From the NCBI GenBank assembly GCA_965222265.1, contig CBDCTP010000003.1, positions 1,222,280 to 1,286,279 of the forward strand: a DNA stretch of 64,000 bases, written 5' to 3'. Below the pieces are notes generated by a model. The model saw nothing but the letters and a program-made list of their open reading frames with translations, did no database searches and was not told the DNA's origin. Position numbers and translations under genes: made by a program. This DNA is from Vicinamibacterales bacterium (lineage in GTDB: Bacteria > Acidobacteriota > Vicinamibacteria > Vicinamibacterales > UBA8438). Shown here in pieces: positions 16,635 through 25,872 of the stretch. Positions within the stretch are counted from its first letter, which is position 1. Each line of letters begins with the position of its first letter.

Positions 16635-17780
16635 ATGACGCGGTCCTCCGAGCCGCAGGAGCACTCCCCCCAGGGTACCGAGTTCGCCGGCCACGTCGTC
16701 GCGTTCACCGGCAGGCTGTCGTCGATCGGCCGCCGCGAGGCGGGCGAGCTCGTGGAGCGTCTCGGGGGCACGGTGGCGGGCACGGTGACCGGCCGCACCA
16801 CGATGCTCGTCGTCGGGTCGGAAGGCGTGTCCGCTCCCGAGAAGACCGGCAAGCTGAAGCGGGCCGAGGCGGTGAACGCCAGGTCGCCGGGCTGCGTCCG
16901 GATCCTCGGCGAGGACGAGTTCTGCCGGCTGGGTGGGCTGCGGACCGCCGCGGCGCTCGAGGAGCGGTACCACGGCCTCAGACGCGTGCGCGATCTGTAC
17001 CCGCTGGTGCACGACGCGCGGCTGCGCTATCTGCACACGTGGGGCCTCGTGCGTCCGGCTGCCCGCACGAGCGTCGATACGTACTACACGCTGGCGGACA
17101 TGGCCGTGATCAAGCAGGTCAACGACGGCCTGCGGCAGGGGCATTCGTTCCGGGGCATCGTGCGCCGGCAGCTCGCGGCGCGCGCCGGGCAGCTGACGTT
17201 GAACTTCAACGCGCGCGCCGACGCGCGGCCGGCCAAGGTCGTGGCCCTGCGGCGCCGGACGTCGCGCAAGTTCGCGCCGCGCGACGATCAGCCCCCCTGG
17301 TCCGACAGCGACAATCCCCAGACCGTCATCGCGGCCCGCTTCTTCCTCGAAGGGGCCGAGCTCGACGAGGGGAGCGAGGCCGACCAGGAGCGGGCCCGGG
17401 CGGCGTACCGCAAGGCGCTGCTGCTGGATCCCACGCTCGTGCCCGCCATCGTCAACCTGGCCAACATCCACTACGCGCACGACGAGCTGGTCGAGGCGCA
17501 GGCGCTGTATGCCTGGGCATTGAGCCTCGATGCGGACTGCTTCGAGGCGCACTTCAATCTCGGCAACATCCACCACGACCTGGGACGCCACGAAGAGGCG
17601 GTCGGCTACTACACGGACGCGCTGGGCCTGAACCCGGGCTACGCGGACGCGCACTTCTACCTCGCCGTGACCCTCGAGAAGATGGGCCGGTCGGCGGAAT
17701 CCAAGACGCACTGGCGCGCCTACCGGCAACTGGCGCCGGACGGGGAGTGGGCGGACCTCGCGAAGCAGTTCAGCGAGTAG
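16635..17780 (+). CDS. BRCT domain / MerR-like HTH / TPR-repeat protein
   Basis: N-terminal BRCT-like region (GHVVAFTGRLSSIGRREAGELVERLGGTVAG..TTMLVVG). The central segment YYTLADMAVIKQVNDGLRQGHSFRGI resembles a MerR-type HTH. The C-terminus has 3-4 TPR repeats (AHFNLGNIHHDLGRHEEAVGYYTDALGLNP..). Confidence 0.7.
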   Translation: MTRSSEPQEHSPQGTEFAGHVVAFTGRLSSIGRREAGELVERLGGTVAGTVTGRTTMLVVGSEGVSAPEKTGKLKRAEAVNARSPGCVRILGEDEFCRLGGLRTAAALEERYHGLRRVRDLYPLVHDARLRYLHTWGLVRPAARTSVDTYYTLADMAVIKQVNDGLRQGHSFRGIVRRQLAARAGQLTLNFNARADARPAKVVALRRRTSRKFAPRDDQPPWSDSDNPQTVIAARFFLEGAELDEGSEADQERARAAYRKALLLDPTLVPAIVNLANIHYAHDELVEAQALYAWALSLDADCFEAHFNLGNIHHDLGRHEEAVGYYTDALGLNPGYADAHFYLAVTLEKMGRSAESKTHWRAYRQLAPDGEWADLAKQFSE

Positions 17781-17783
17781 GGG

Positions 17784-18038
17784 TCAGTAGTCGTCCAGCA
17801 GATAGGCGGGGCGCTTCTTCACGCTGCGGCGCACCTTGAAGAGGTCGCACTCGGGGCACCACGCGTCCGGGCTGAAGCCGTTCACCCCGGCGTACGGCAA
17901 CACGTCGCGGTGCGAGCAGTAGGGCGAGCCGCCGTTGTCCTGCGTCGAGTGCCAACGGCACGAGGTGAACCGGATCGACGCGGTATCCGCGCCGGCCTCC
18001 GGCTCGCCCGCCGCCGGCGGGCCCGATTCGTCGAACAT
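17784..18038 (-). CDS. Small Cys/His-rich hypothetical protein
   Basis: 84 aa. SCRWH..YCSH..WCPEC suggests a metal-binding knuckle. High GC3 is consistent with coding. I recognise no family. Confidence 0.45.
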   Translation of the reverse strand: MFDESGPPAAGEPEAGADTASIRFTSCRWHSTQDNGGSPYCSHRDVLPYAGVNGFSPDAWCPECDLFKVRRSVKKRPAYLLDDY

Positions 18039-18046
18039 GCCGCTGG

Positions 18047-18265
18047 CTACCTCGCGCGGAAGGTGATGATGCCGCGGGTCGGGTCGTAGGGCGAGACGCC
18101 GACGGTCACGCGATCACCCGGAACGACCTTGATCCGGAATCGCCGCATGCGGCCGCTCAACTGCGCGAGCACCTCGTGACCGGGGTCGCACTGCACACGG
18201 TACAGGCCGCCGCTATGCACGGCTGTGACCGTGCCCTGGACATCGATGAGGTCATCCTTTGCCAC
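18047..18265 (-). CDS. infA: Translation initiation factor IF-1
   Basis: MAKDDLIDVQGTVTAV..GGLYRVQC..GHEVLAQLSGRMRRFRIKVVPGDRVTVGVSPYDPTRGIITFR is the canonical IF-1 S1 fold. Confidence 0.95.
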   Translation of the reverse strand: MAKDDLIDVQGTVTAVHSGGLYRVQCDPGHEVLAQLSGRMRRFRIKVVPGDRVTVGVSPYDPTRGIITFRAR

Positions 18266-18305
18266 CCTGGCTCCCTGCCGCCCTAGCTCTCGGCGGGTGA
18301 TTATA

Positions 18306-18399
18306 GCGCACAGCGCGCCTCGGCGGGAGCGGCGCGGGGCGCAGGGGTCCCCGCAAGCGGACGCCGGGGGCTCGGGGCGCAGCCCCGCCTGATTGAAGC
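18306..18399 (+). repeat. Three-hairpin repeat, copy 5
   Basis: GCGCACAGCGCGCCTCGGCGGGAGCGGCGCGGGGCGCAGGGGTCCCCGCAAGCGGACGCCGGGGGCTCGGGGCGCAGCCCCGCCTGATTGAAGC. It lies between the infA start and the stop of 18399-20945. Confidence 0.9.
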
Positions 18400-20945
18400 T
18401 AGATCGCCTTGACCGCGTCCTCCACGCGCCGCGCCAGCTCGCGGTACGAGCCGTCCTCCAGCGCGAGGGGCGGGCCGAACGCGACCCGCACCCGGCCGGG
18501 CACCGCCATGCGCCAGGACTTGTGGAGCACGCGGTCGAGTCCCTCCAGCCGGACCGGGACGATCGGCACCTGCAGGCGGGCGGCGACCATGCCGATGCCG
18601 GGCTGAAACGGGCCGATTTCGCCCGCGTCCGTCCGGCGCCCCTCGGGAAAGATCAGCACGGACGTGCCGTCGCCCAGCAGCTCGCCCAGGTAGCGGATGG
18701 CGTCGCGGGTGCCGGTCTCCCGCTGGGGCAGCGGGAACACGTTGAACAGCAGGCAGGCCAGGTAGTAGTTGAGGCTGTTCGTAAGCCGCCTCCGCAGCGG
18801 GTGCCGGCCGACGTGGAAGTGCGCGGCAAAGAACTCCTTGCCGGCCGCGGTCGCGACCCGGTAGCGCCGGCGCGGGGGCAGCGCCGCCAGAATGACCGGC
18901 GCGTCCAGATGGCTCTGGTGGTTGGCCGCGTAGACGACCGGCCCCGGCGCCGCGTCCAGATGGTGCCGGCCTTCGACGGTGAGCCAGGCGAAGACCCGCG
19001 TCAGCGGCAGCAGCCACAATCCCAGGTTGACCCGCCGGGTCAGCCGTGCGGGCCCGCTCCCGGCCCAGGTGGGGAAGTCGAACGCCGCCGCGGCCGGCGG
19101 CAACTCCGCGGCGGCAGGGCCCGGGAGGGGCGTGTCGGCCAGGATCGCGCGCAGGTCCCCGACCGTGGCCGCGGCGGCGAACGCGGCCTCGTCGACCGTG
19201 CGGTCGAACGCCTGCTCCAGCGCCATGAGCAGCTCGATCCGTTCGATGGAGCTGAGGCCGAGCTCGGCCAGGTTCGTTTCGTCCGTGACCGTGCGATCGG
19301 GCGCGAAGCGCTGCACGACGGCGGCGGCCGTGCCGCCGCTGCCGGCCGCGCCGGCGGGGTCGCCGGCCGCGCCGCCGGTCTCGACCCAGCGCTTCAGCTC
19401 CCGCCGCTTCAGCTTCCGGGTGCCCTCGGTGCGCGGCAGGGCCTCGCCCGGCCAGATCGACCGCCCCCGGATCCGCTGGTGTTCCTCCAGGCGCCGGTTG
19501 GCCTCCCGCAGCACGGCGGACGTCTCGGCGCCGGCTTCCAGCACCAGCACCGCGTGCACCTGCTCGCGGCCCTGCCGCGATACCCCGACGACGCCGGACT
19601 CGCGCACGCCGGGCACGGCGGCCAGCGCCTGCTCGACGTCCTGCGGGAACACGTTCAGCCCCTCGGGAGTGACGATCACCTCCTTCTTCCGGCCCTTGAC
19701 GGTCAGGCTCCCGGCCGCGTCCCAGGAGCCGATGTCCCCGGTCCGGAACCAGCCGTCGTCGAACGCCGCGGCGGTCTCGCCCGCGGCGTTGTAGTAGCCG
19801 GCGGTGACGTTGTTCCCGCGCACCAGGATCTCGCCGTCCGGGGCGAGCTTGACGTCGACGCCCCCGATCGGCCTGCCGACCGTGCCCCGCCGCGTGCGGA
19901 ACGGGTGGTTGAGGGTCACGATCGGCGCCGTCTCCGTGAGCCCGTAGCCCTGGACGACGAGAAAGCCCAGCCGTGACCAGAACGCCTCGAGCTCGGGATC
20001 GAGCGGCGCCGCGCCGACGACGAAGGCCCAGAACTTGAAACCGAACAGGCGGTGGACGCGCCGGTAGCGCCACCAGCGCCGGACCACGTTGGCCGGCGGC
20101 TGCTCCCGGGCAACCTCCGGAGCGAGGCGCAGGACGTGGTCGCGCAGCACCTCCAGGATCTTGGGCACGCACACGACGACCGACACGCGCCGCTGGCGGA
20201 CCTGCCGCACGATGTCGGCCGGGTTGTAGCCGCGCATGAAGACCGTGATCCCCGACAGCAGCGGCGGGATGAAGGTGGCCATTGCCTGGCCGAACATGTG
20301 GCTCAGAGGCAGCAGGTTTAGGAACCGCAAGGGGGCGAACGGGCGCGCGTAGCGGCGGTACCTGAGCACCTCGTTCTCGACGGGCACCACGTTCGCGAGG
20401 ATGTTGCGGTGGGTCAGCCGCACCCCCTTCGGGTCGGCGGTCGCGCCCGACGTGAAGATGATCTCGGCCAGATCGTCGGGCGCGCCGCGATCCCGGCGAA
20501 CGTCCGTCTCGCCGCCGGCTGCGTCAACGGCGCCGTCGTCCCGGCGGGCCGGGACGAGCTGCCGCAGCGGCCAGAGCTCCACGCGGTCGCGGCCGACCGT
20601 TGCCTCCAGGCCGTCGCCGACCAGCACGGCGCGCGCGTCGACGATCGCCGCGACGCGTGCCACCAGCTCCCCGGAGGCGCGAAAGTCCACCGGGACCAAC
20701 ACGGCCCGCGCGAGCAGGCAGCCCCACATCGCCGCGATCCAGTCCGGGCAGTTCTCGCCCCAGATCACGACCCGGTCGCCCGGCCCGATGTTCGCGCGGG
20801 CCAGACGGCGCGAGAAGGCGAACGCGGCGCGGCGGACGTCGTCGTACGTGTAGCGGTACGAGCGGTAGCCGTCGTCGTGGACGACGAAGTCCGCCGCGGA
20901 ACGGATACGGTCGTCGAAAAAGTCGAGCAGCGTATCCCGCCTCAT
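18399..20945 (-). CDS. Tri-domain acyl-AMP ligase / carrier protein (PP-binding) / lysophospholipid acyltransferase
   Basis: The N-terminus has IIFTSGATADPKGV and the GYGLTE AMP-binding motifs. The middle has LGLSSIERIELL (phosphopantetheine Ser). The C-terminus has NHQSHLDAPV (HX4D) and IFPEGRR (PlsC/LPLAT motifs). Confidence 0.85.
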   Translation of the reverse strand: MRRDTLLDFFDDRIRSAADFVVHDDGYRSYRYTYDDVRRAAFAFSRRLARANIGPGDRVVIWGENCPDWIAAMWGCLLARAVLVPVDFRASGELVARVAAIVDARAVLVGDGLEATVGRDRVELWPLRQLVPARRDDGAVDAAGGETDVRRDRGAPDDLAEIIFTSGATADPKGVRLTHRNILANVVPVENEVLRYRRYARPFAPLRFLNLLPLSHMFGQAMATFIPPLLSGITVFMRGYNPADIVRQVRQRRVSVVVCVPKILEVLRDHVLRLAPEVAREQPPANVVRRWWRYRRVHRLFGFKFWAFVVGAAPLDPELEAFWSRLGFLVVQGYGLTETAPIVTLNHPFRTRRGTVGRPIGGVDVKLAPDGEILVRGNNVTAGYYNAAGETAAAFDDGWFRTGDIGSWDAAGSLTVKGRKKEVIVTPEGLNVFPQDVEQALAAVPGVRESGVVGVSRQGREQVHAVLVLEAGAETSAVLREANRRLEEHQRIRGRSIWPGEALPRTEGTRKLKRRELKRWVETGGAAGDPAGAAGSGGTAAAVVQRFAPDRTVTDETNLAELGLSSIERIELLMALEQAFDRTVDEAAFAAAATVGDLRAILADTPLPGPAAAELPPAAAAFDFPTWAGSGPARLTRRVNLGLWLLPLTRVFAWLTVEGRHHLDAAPGPVVYAANHQSHLDAPVILAALPPRRRYRVATAAGKEFFAAHFHVGRHPLRRRLTNSLNYYLACLLFNVFPLPQRETGTRDAIRYLGELLGDGTSVLIFPEGRRTDAGEIGPFQPGIGMVAARLQVPIVPVRLEGLDRVLHKSWRMAVPGRVRVAFGPPLALEDGSYRELARRVEDAVKAI

Positions 20946-20993
20946 GCGAGCATTATGGTCGAATCGGGTAGGGCGGCCGTGGCGGCGCCCCGG

Positions 20994-21629
20994 CTATTTG
21001 AACGACGCGCCGACGCTCAGCACCATGAGCGTCATGCGCGGCGATCCGGGCCCGGTCGCGGTCGACTCGCGCGGGCTGACGGTGTGGAAGCGCAGGTCGA
21101 GCGAGAACGCCACGTGCCGATTGACGAACCAGCGCGCCCCGCCGCCGTAGTTCAGGGTGTGCGCCGACCGCTCGGCCGGCTGCTCCCCGTCGCGGGTAAA
21201 CAGCGCCAGCCGCGACGTGCCGATCCCGCCGCTCAGGTAGCTCCAGCCGTTGCGGCCCCCGAAGTTGAGCGAGAGTTGCGGCGACACGGCCCGGAACGTC
21301 TTGCGCAGCGTCGGGCCGTCCGGGTCGACATCGTGCGGCCGCGGCCCGCGGTCGCCGAACGATGCGTGGTAGGCGGCGCCCAGGCCGACGGTGACGAAGC
21401 GCCAGCGGAACGGGTAGACGTGCGCGCCCGCGTCGACGCCTATCCCGATCGACGGCGGCGCATGGGGTTGGAAGCCGTGGGCACGGGCCAGGCCGGCCTG
21501 CTGGCCGAAGCGCACGAATGAGCCGCGCAGGTCGGCGACGAAGCGCCCGATGGGCTCGTCGTCCTGGGCCATGGCCGGCGGCGCCGCTCCCAGCAGCATG
21601 GCCGCCGCTGCCAGCAGCACCCGCGGCAT
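20994..21629 (-). CDS. Outer-membrane beta-barrel protein (OmpW/porin-like)
   Basis: Signal peptide ..GAAPPAMAQDD, an alternating hydrophobic pattern, and a C-terminal ..LSVGASFK. Confidence 0.65.
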   Translation of the reverse strand: MPRVLLAAAAMLLGAAPPAMAQDDEPIGRFVADLRGSFVRFGQQAGLARAHGFQPHAPPSIGIGVDAGAHVYPFRWRFVTVGLGAAYHASFGDRGPRPHDVDPDGPTLRKTFRAVSPQLSLNFGGRNGWSYLSGGIGTSRLALFTRDGEQPAERSAHTLNYGGGARWFVNRHVAFSLDLRFHTVSPRESTATGPGSPRMTLMVLSVGASFK

Positions 21630-21650
21630 GGCTGCCAGTATAGAAGGTCA

Positions 21651-22622
21651 GTGACGGTCATCTCAGGCGCCGACATCGACGCGGCGGCCGCGCGCATCCG
21701 CGGCACGGTCGTCCGCACGCCGCTCCTCGATGCATCGCGGGCCGCGGGCCGGCCGCTGTCGCTCAAGTGCGAGAACCTGCAGGTCGCCGGCTCCTTCAAG
21801 CTGCGCGGCGCGTTCAACATGATCGCCGGGCTGTCGCCGGCGGAGCGGCGCCCGGGGGTGATCACGTACTCCTCGGGGAATCATGCGCAGGCCGTCGCCT
21901 GCGCCGCGCGCGCGATGGCGATCCCGGCCGTCGTGGTCATGCCGCGGACGGCGCCGGCGGTCAAGGTCGCCGGCGCCCGCGCGTACGGCGCCGAGGTGCT
22001 GTTCGAGGGCACCACGTCGGTCGAGCGCAGAACGCGCGCCGAGCGCGAGGCGCACGAGCGCGGGCTGCTGATGATTCCGCCCTTCGATCACCCCGCCATC
22101 ATCGCCGGGCAGGCGACCGTCGGCCGCGAGATTGTCGAGGAGGCCCGGCAGGTGGCCCGGGTGTTCGTGCCCGTCGGCGGCGGCGGGCTGCTGGCCGGCG
22201 TGGCGGTCGCCGTCAAGCGCGCGCACCCCTCGGCGCAGGTCATCGGCGTGGAGCCGGTGGGCGCGGCCTGCCTGGCGGCGTCGCTGGCGGCCGGCCGCCC
22301 GGTGACCCTCGAGCGGACCGCCAGCGTGGCCGACGGCCTGCTGCCGGTGCGGCCCGGCGACCTGACGTTCGCGGCGGCACAGGCGCTCGTCGACGACGTG
22401 GTCCAGGTGGAGGACGCGGCGATCGAGCGGGCCGTGGCCTGGCTGTGCCGCCACGCCAAGCTGGTCGCGGAGCCGAGCGGGGCGGCCGCCACCGCCGCGG
22501 CCCTGGCGGCGGCGGCCGAGCCGGCCGCCGGCATCAGCGTCGCCGTGGTGAGCGGCGGCAACATCGCCCCGGCGGCGCTCGCCGACCTGCTGCGTGCGCC
22601 GGCCGCCGCCCCGCCCCCGTGA
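21651..22622 (+). CDS. PLP-dependent threonine/serine ammonia-lyase (no regulatory ACT domain)
   Basis: LKCENLQVAGSFKLRGAFN contains the PLP-lysine motif, followed by SSGNHAQA and GGGGLLAG. GTG start. Confidence 0.85.
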   Translation: MTVISGADIDAAAARIRGTVVRTPLLDASRAAGRPLSLKCENLQVAGSFKLRGAFNMIAGLSPAERRPGVITYSSGNHAQAVACAARAMAIPAVVVMPRTAPAVKVAGARAYGAEVLFEGTTSVERRTRAEREAHERGLLMIPPFDHPAIIAGQATVGREIVEEARQVARVFVPVGGGGLLAGVAVAVKRAHPSAQVIGVEPVGAACLAASLAAGRPVTLERTASVADGLLPVRPGDLTFAAAQALVDDVVQVEDAAIERAVAWLCRHAKLVAEPSGAAATAAALAAAAEPAAGISVAVVSGGNIAPAALADLLRAPAAAPPP

Positions 22623-22623
22623 G

Positions 22624-24063
22624 TCACGCTTCCGAGGCCGGCGCGGCGCTGGTGCCGTCCGTGTCCTCCGCGTCGGCGTTGTCGGTCTTCAGCAGCGCCC
22701 GGGCGGCGGCCCGCGCCTCCAGCAGCGTCGTGATCTCGCCGTCGAGCTGCCGCTCGTAGATCTGCGCCAGGATGCGCCCGACGCGCGGGCCGGGCGGCAG
22801 GCCGAGCTGCAGCAGGTGGCGCCCGAGCAGCAGCGCCGGCGGCGGCGCGTGCTCCACGTCCAGGCCGCGCGCGCGCTCCAGGAACCAGTCCATCGCCGAG
22901 CAGTCGAAGTCGCCGGTGCGGCCGCGGCAGTCGGCCTTCGCCAGCCGGGCCAGCAGCTCCAGGTCCACCTTGCGCGCGAGCCGCCGGAACGCCCCTTCGC
23001 CGACGCCGTCGCGCGCTGTGCGCCACATGCCCGGCTTCAGGTGGTGGGCCACCAAGCCGAGCACCTGCCGCCGCACGTCGTAGCCGTCGAGCGTGTGGAT
23101 GCCGAGCCGATCCAGGAACGCCGTGGCGGGCGCGACGCCCATCTCCTCGTGGTTCAGCGACCGGATGCGGCCGTCGACGTACGCGGTCGTGGCCGGTTTG
23201 CCGAAGTCGTGGCAAACGGCGCCCAGCATGACCGCGACCCGCTGCGGGCGCGGCAGGTCGTCGATGCGGCGGCGCGCCTCGTCGATGACCAGCAGGGTGT
23301 GCACCCAGACGTCGCCCTCCGGATGCCACTCCGGCTCCTGCGGGCAGTTGACCAGCGCGGCCAGCTCGGGGAACAACTGCTCGACCACGCCGATCTCGCG
23401 CGCGAGATCGAAGCCGGGCGACGGTCGCCGGGCCTGCAGGAGCAGCTTCTCCAGCTCGCCCCACACGCGCTCGGCGGGCAGATCGTCGAGCGCAATCGAG
23501 CGGCAGACGGCGCGGGTCGGGGCGTCGACCTCGAAATCCAGCCGCGCCGCGAGCTGAACCGCGCGCAGCACGCGCAGGCTGTCGTCGCCGAACGTCGCCG
23601 GATCGACCATGCGCAGGCAGTGGGCGGCCAGGTCGTCGCGTCCCCCGTGCGGGTCGAGGTGCTCGTCCCGCAGCGGGTCCCAGGCGATGGCGTTGACGGT
23701 GAAGTCGCGCCGGCGCGCGGCCTCCGCCAGCGGCAGCGTCGGGTCGCCGGTGACGCTGAATCCGCGGTGGCCGCGGCCGGCCTTCGACTCGGTGCGCGGG
23801 AGCGAGACGTCGAGCGGGCCGAGCTTGAACACCGCAAAGCTGGCGCCGACGCTGTTGACCGGACCGAATTGCCCCAGCACGGCCTGCAACCGGTCGGCGG
23901 AGAGGCCGTAGACCTCGAGGTCGACGTCCTTCGATTCGCGGTTGCCGGCCTTGCGGCGCAGGAGCTTGTCGCGCACCCAGCCGCCGACGATCAGCGCCCG
24001 TCCGCCCGCGTCGCGCACCGCGCGGGCCACGTCGAGCGCGAGATCCAGCTCCTCGGGCATCAC
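22624..24063 (-). CDS. cca: CCA-adding tRNA nucleotidyltransferase with HD domain
   Basis: LIVGGWVRDKLL, DVDLEV, RRDFTVNAIA, and the HD region VCHDFGK. Confidence 0.85.
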   Translation of the reverse strand: MMPEELDLALDVARAVRDAGGRALIVGGWVRDKLLRRKAGNRESKDVDLEVYGLSADRLQAVLGQFGPVNSVGASFAVFKLGPLDVSLPRTESKAGRGHRGFSVTGDPTLPLAEAARRRDFTVNAIAWDPLRDEHLDPHGGRDDLAAHCLRMVDPATFGDDSLRVLRAVQLAARLDFEVDAPTRAVCRSIALDDLPAERVWGELEKLLLQARRPSPGFDLAREIGVVEQLFPELAALVNCPQEPEWHPEGDVWVHTLLVIDEARRRIDDLPRPQRVAVMLGAVCHDFGKPATTAYVDGRIRSLNHEEMGVAPATAFLDRLGIHTLDGYDVRRQVLGLVAHHLKPGMWRTARDGVGEGAFRRLARKVDLELLARLAKADCRGRTGDFDCSAMDWFLERARGLDVEHAPPPALLLGRHLLQLGLPPGPRVGRILAQIYERQLDGEITTLLEARAAARALLKTDNADAEDTDGTSAAPASEA

Positions 24064-24073
24064 TTGTCGGAGA

Positions 24074-24796
24074 TCAAACGTCGCGGGCGACCCGGAAGCC
24101 GTAGTCGGTGTAGCGGAACGCCGGATCGAGCTTGCTGCGGGCCGCGCTGCGGCTGATGGTCACCGCGTGCCGCCAGGAGCCGCCCCGCGAGGCGCGCCGG
24201 CGTCCGCTCGCCGCCCCGGCGGGACTACGGTCGGGCGAACGGCCGTAGTAGTCGCGCGCGTGCCAGTCGGCGCACCACTCGTGGATGTTGGCGGCGATGC
24301 CGCGCACCCCGAAGTCGTTCGGCGGGCCGAGGGCGACCGGCCACGGCCCGTCGAGCGGCCCCCGGCCGCCGCGCGGGACCCACGCCGGTATCGCGTCGCC
24401 CCCGGGGTAGGGCTCGCCCTCGCGCCCGCTGCGCGCGGCCCGCTCCCATTCGGCCTCGGTCGGCAGCCGCAGCGGTCCGCCGCCGTCCTCCGACGAGCGC
24501 CAGAGGCAGTAGACGACCGCGTCGTTCCAGCTCACGCCCACGACCGGCAGGTCCGCAGCCGCGAAGTGCGGGTTGTCCCACTCCCGCGGCGCGCTGCGGC
24601 CGGCCGCCGCCAGGAAGCGCGCGTACTCGCCGCGCGTCACGGGGTCGACGGCCAGCTCGAACGCGTCCACCCAGACCCGGTGCACGGGCCCTTCGTCGGC
24701 CTGCCCGTCGGCGCTGCCCATGAGGAACCACCCCGCCGGAACGCGGGCGAAGCCGGTCGTCGGCCGTAGCCCGGGCCGGGCGGCGGCGCTGCGCAT
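24074..24796 (-). CDS. Formylglycine-generating-enzyme (SUMF1/FGE-sulfatase) family protein
   Basis: FLMGS..EGPVHRVWVDAFELAVDPVTRGEY, RLPTEAEWERAAR, EWCADW and RGGSW are the typical FGE-domain blocks. Confidence 0.8.
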   Translation of the reverse strand: MRSAAARPGLRPTTGFARVPAGWFLMGSADGQADEGPVHRVWVDAFELAVDPVTRGEYARFLAAAGRSAPREWDNPHFAAADLPVVGVSWNDAVVYCLWRSSEDGGGPLRLPTEAEWERAARSGREGEPYPGGDAIPAWVPRGGRGPLDGPWPVALGPPNDFGVRGIAANIHEWCADWHARDYYGRSPDRSPAGAASGRRRASRGGSWRHAVTISRSAARSKLDPAFRYTDYGFRVARDV

Positions 24797-24915
24797 TCAG
24801 CGATGGTACATGACTCCCCGGCGGGGGCACGCGCCGCCGGCCCGGTGCCCGCCGGCTCGTCGCGGGACGGCCGCGGCGGACTGGTATGATCGAGAGTTGC
24901 ACCGTTGCGGGCGGC

Positions 24916-25872
24916 ATGAGAGAAACCCTCAGACGATCGGTCCGGCTGGCGGCAGCCGCGCTCCTGGCCGCGGCGCTCGCGGGCTGCTCGCTGCGTTCGA
25001 TGGCGGTCAACGCCGTGCTGCCGACGCTGGTCAACCCGGCCGTCTATCTCTCCGAGGAAGACCCGGAGGTCGTGCGCGCCGCCCTGCCGTTCCTGCTCAA
25101 GACGATCGAGTCGATCCTGGACGCCGACCCCGAGCGGCAGGACGTCTTGCTCTTCGCGAATACCGGCTTCCTGCTCTACGCCAACGCCTTCCTGCAGGCG
25201 GACGCGGCGCTTGCCGAGTGGGACGACTACCGCCGGGCCACGGAGCTGAACGCGCGGGCGCGGCGCATGTACCTGCGGGCGCGGGACTACGGGCTGCGCA
25301 ACGTCGAGCTCGACCACCCCGGCATCACCGCGCGCCTGCGCGCCGAGCCCGAGACGGCGACGGCGGTCTTTGGCGCCGAGGACGTCGAGAGCCTGTACTA
25401 TCTCGGCGGCGCCTGGCTGCTGAGCATCTCCCTGGGGCTCGACCGGCCGGCCCTGGTGGCCGACCTGCCGGCCGCGCGTGCCCTGCTCGACCGGGCGCTG
25501 GAGCTCGACGAGGACTTCGAGCGGGGCGCGCTGCACGCCGCGTTCATCACGCTCGAGTCGGTCGGGGCGGCCATGGGCGGGTCGACCGCGCGGGCTCGCG
25601 AGCACTTCGCGCGCGTGGTCGAGCTGTCCGACGGCCGGGACGCGGGCGCGTACGTATCGCTGGCGACCGGCGTGGCGGTCGCGGAGGAGAACCGGGAGGA
25701 GTTCCGGGAGCTGCTCGAAGCCGCCATCGCCATCGATCCCGACGAGGAGCCGAGCAACCGGCTGTTGAACCTCATCGCCCAGCGGCGGGCCCGCGTGCTG
25801 CTCGACCATATCGACGATCTGTTCTTCGAGCCCTTCGCCGCGCTCGACGAGGATGTGGAGAATCGACCATGA
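24916..25872 (+). CDS. TatT-type TPR lipoprotein (T component of TPR-protein-associated TRAP transporters)
   Basis: Lipobox LAGC. EDPEVVRAALPFLLKTIESILDADPERQDVLLFANTGFLLYANAFL is recalled as the TatT family signature. The stop overlaps the next start (ATGA). Confidence 0.65.
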   Translation: MRETLRRSVRLAAAALLAAALAGCSLRSMAVNAVLPTLVNPAVYLSEEDPEVVRAALPFLLKTIESILDADPERQDVLLFANTGFLLYANAFLQADAALAEWDDYRRATELNARARRMYLRARDYGLRNVELDHPGITARLRAEPETATAVFGAEDVESLYYLGGAWLLSISLGLDRPALVADLPAARALLDRALELDEDFERGALHAAFITLESVGAAMGGSTARAREHFARVVELSDGRDAGAYVSLATGVAVAEENREEFRELLEAAIAIDPDEEPSNRLLNLIAQRRARVLLDHIDDLFFEPFAALDEDVENRP

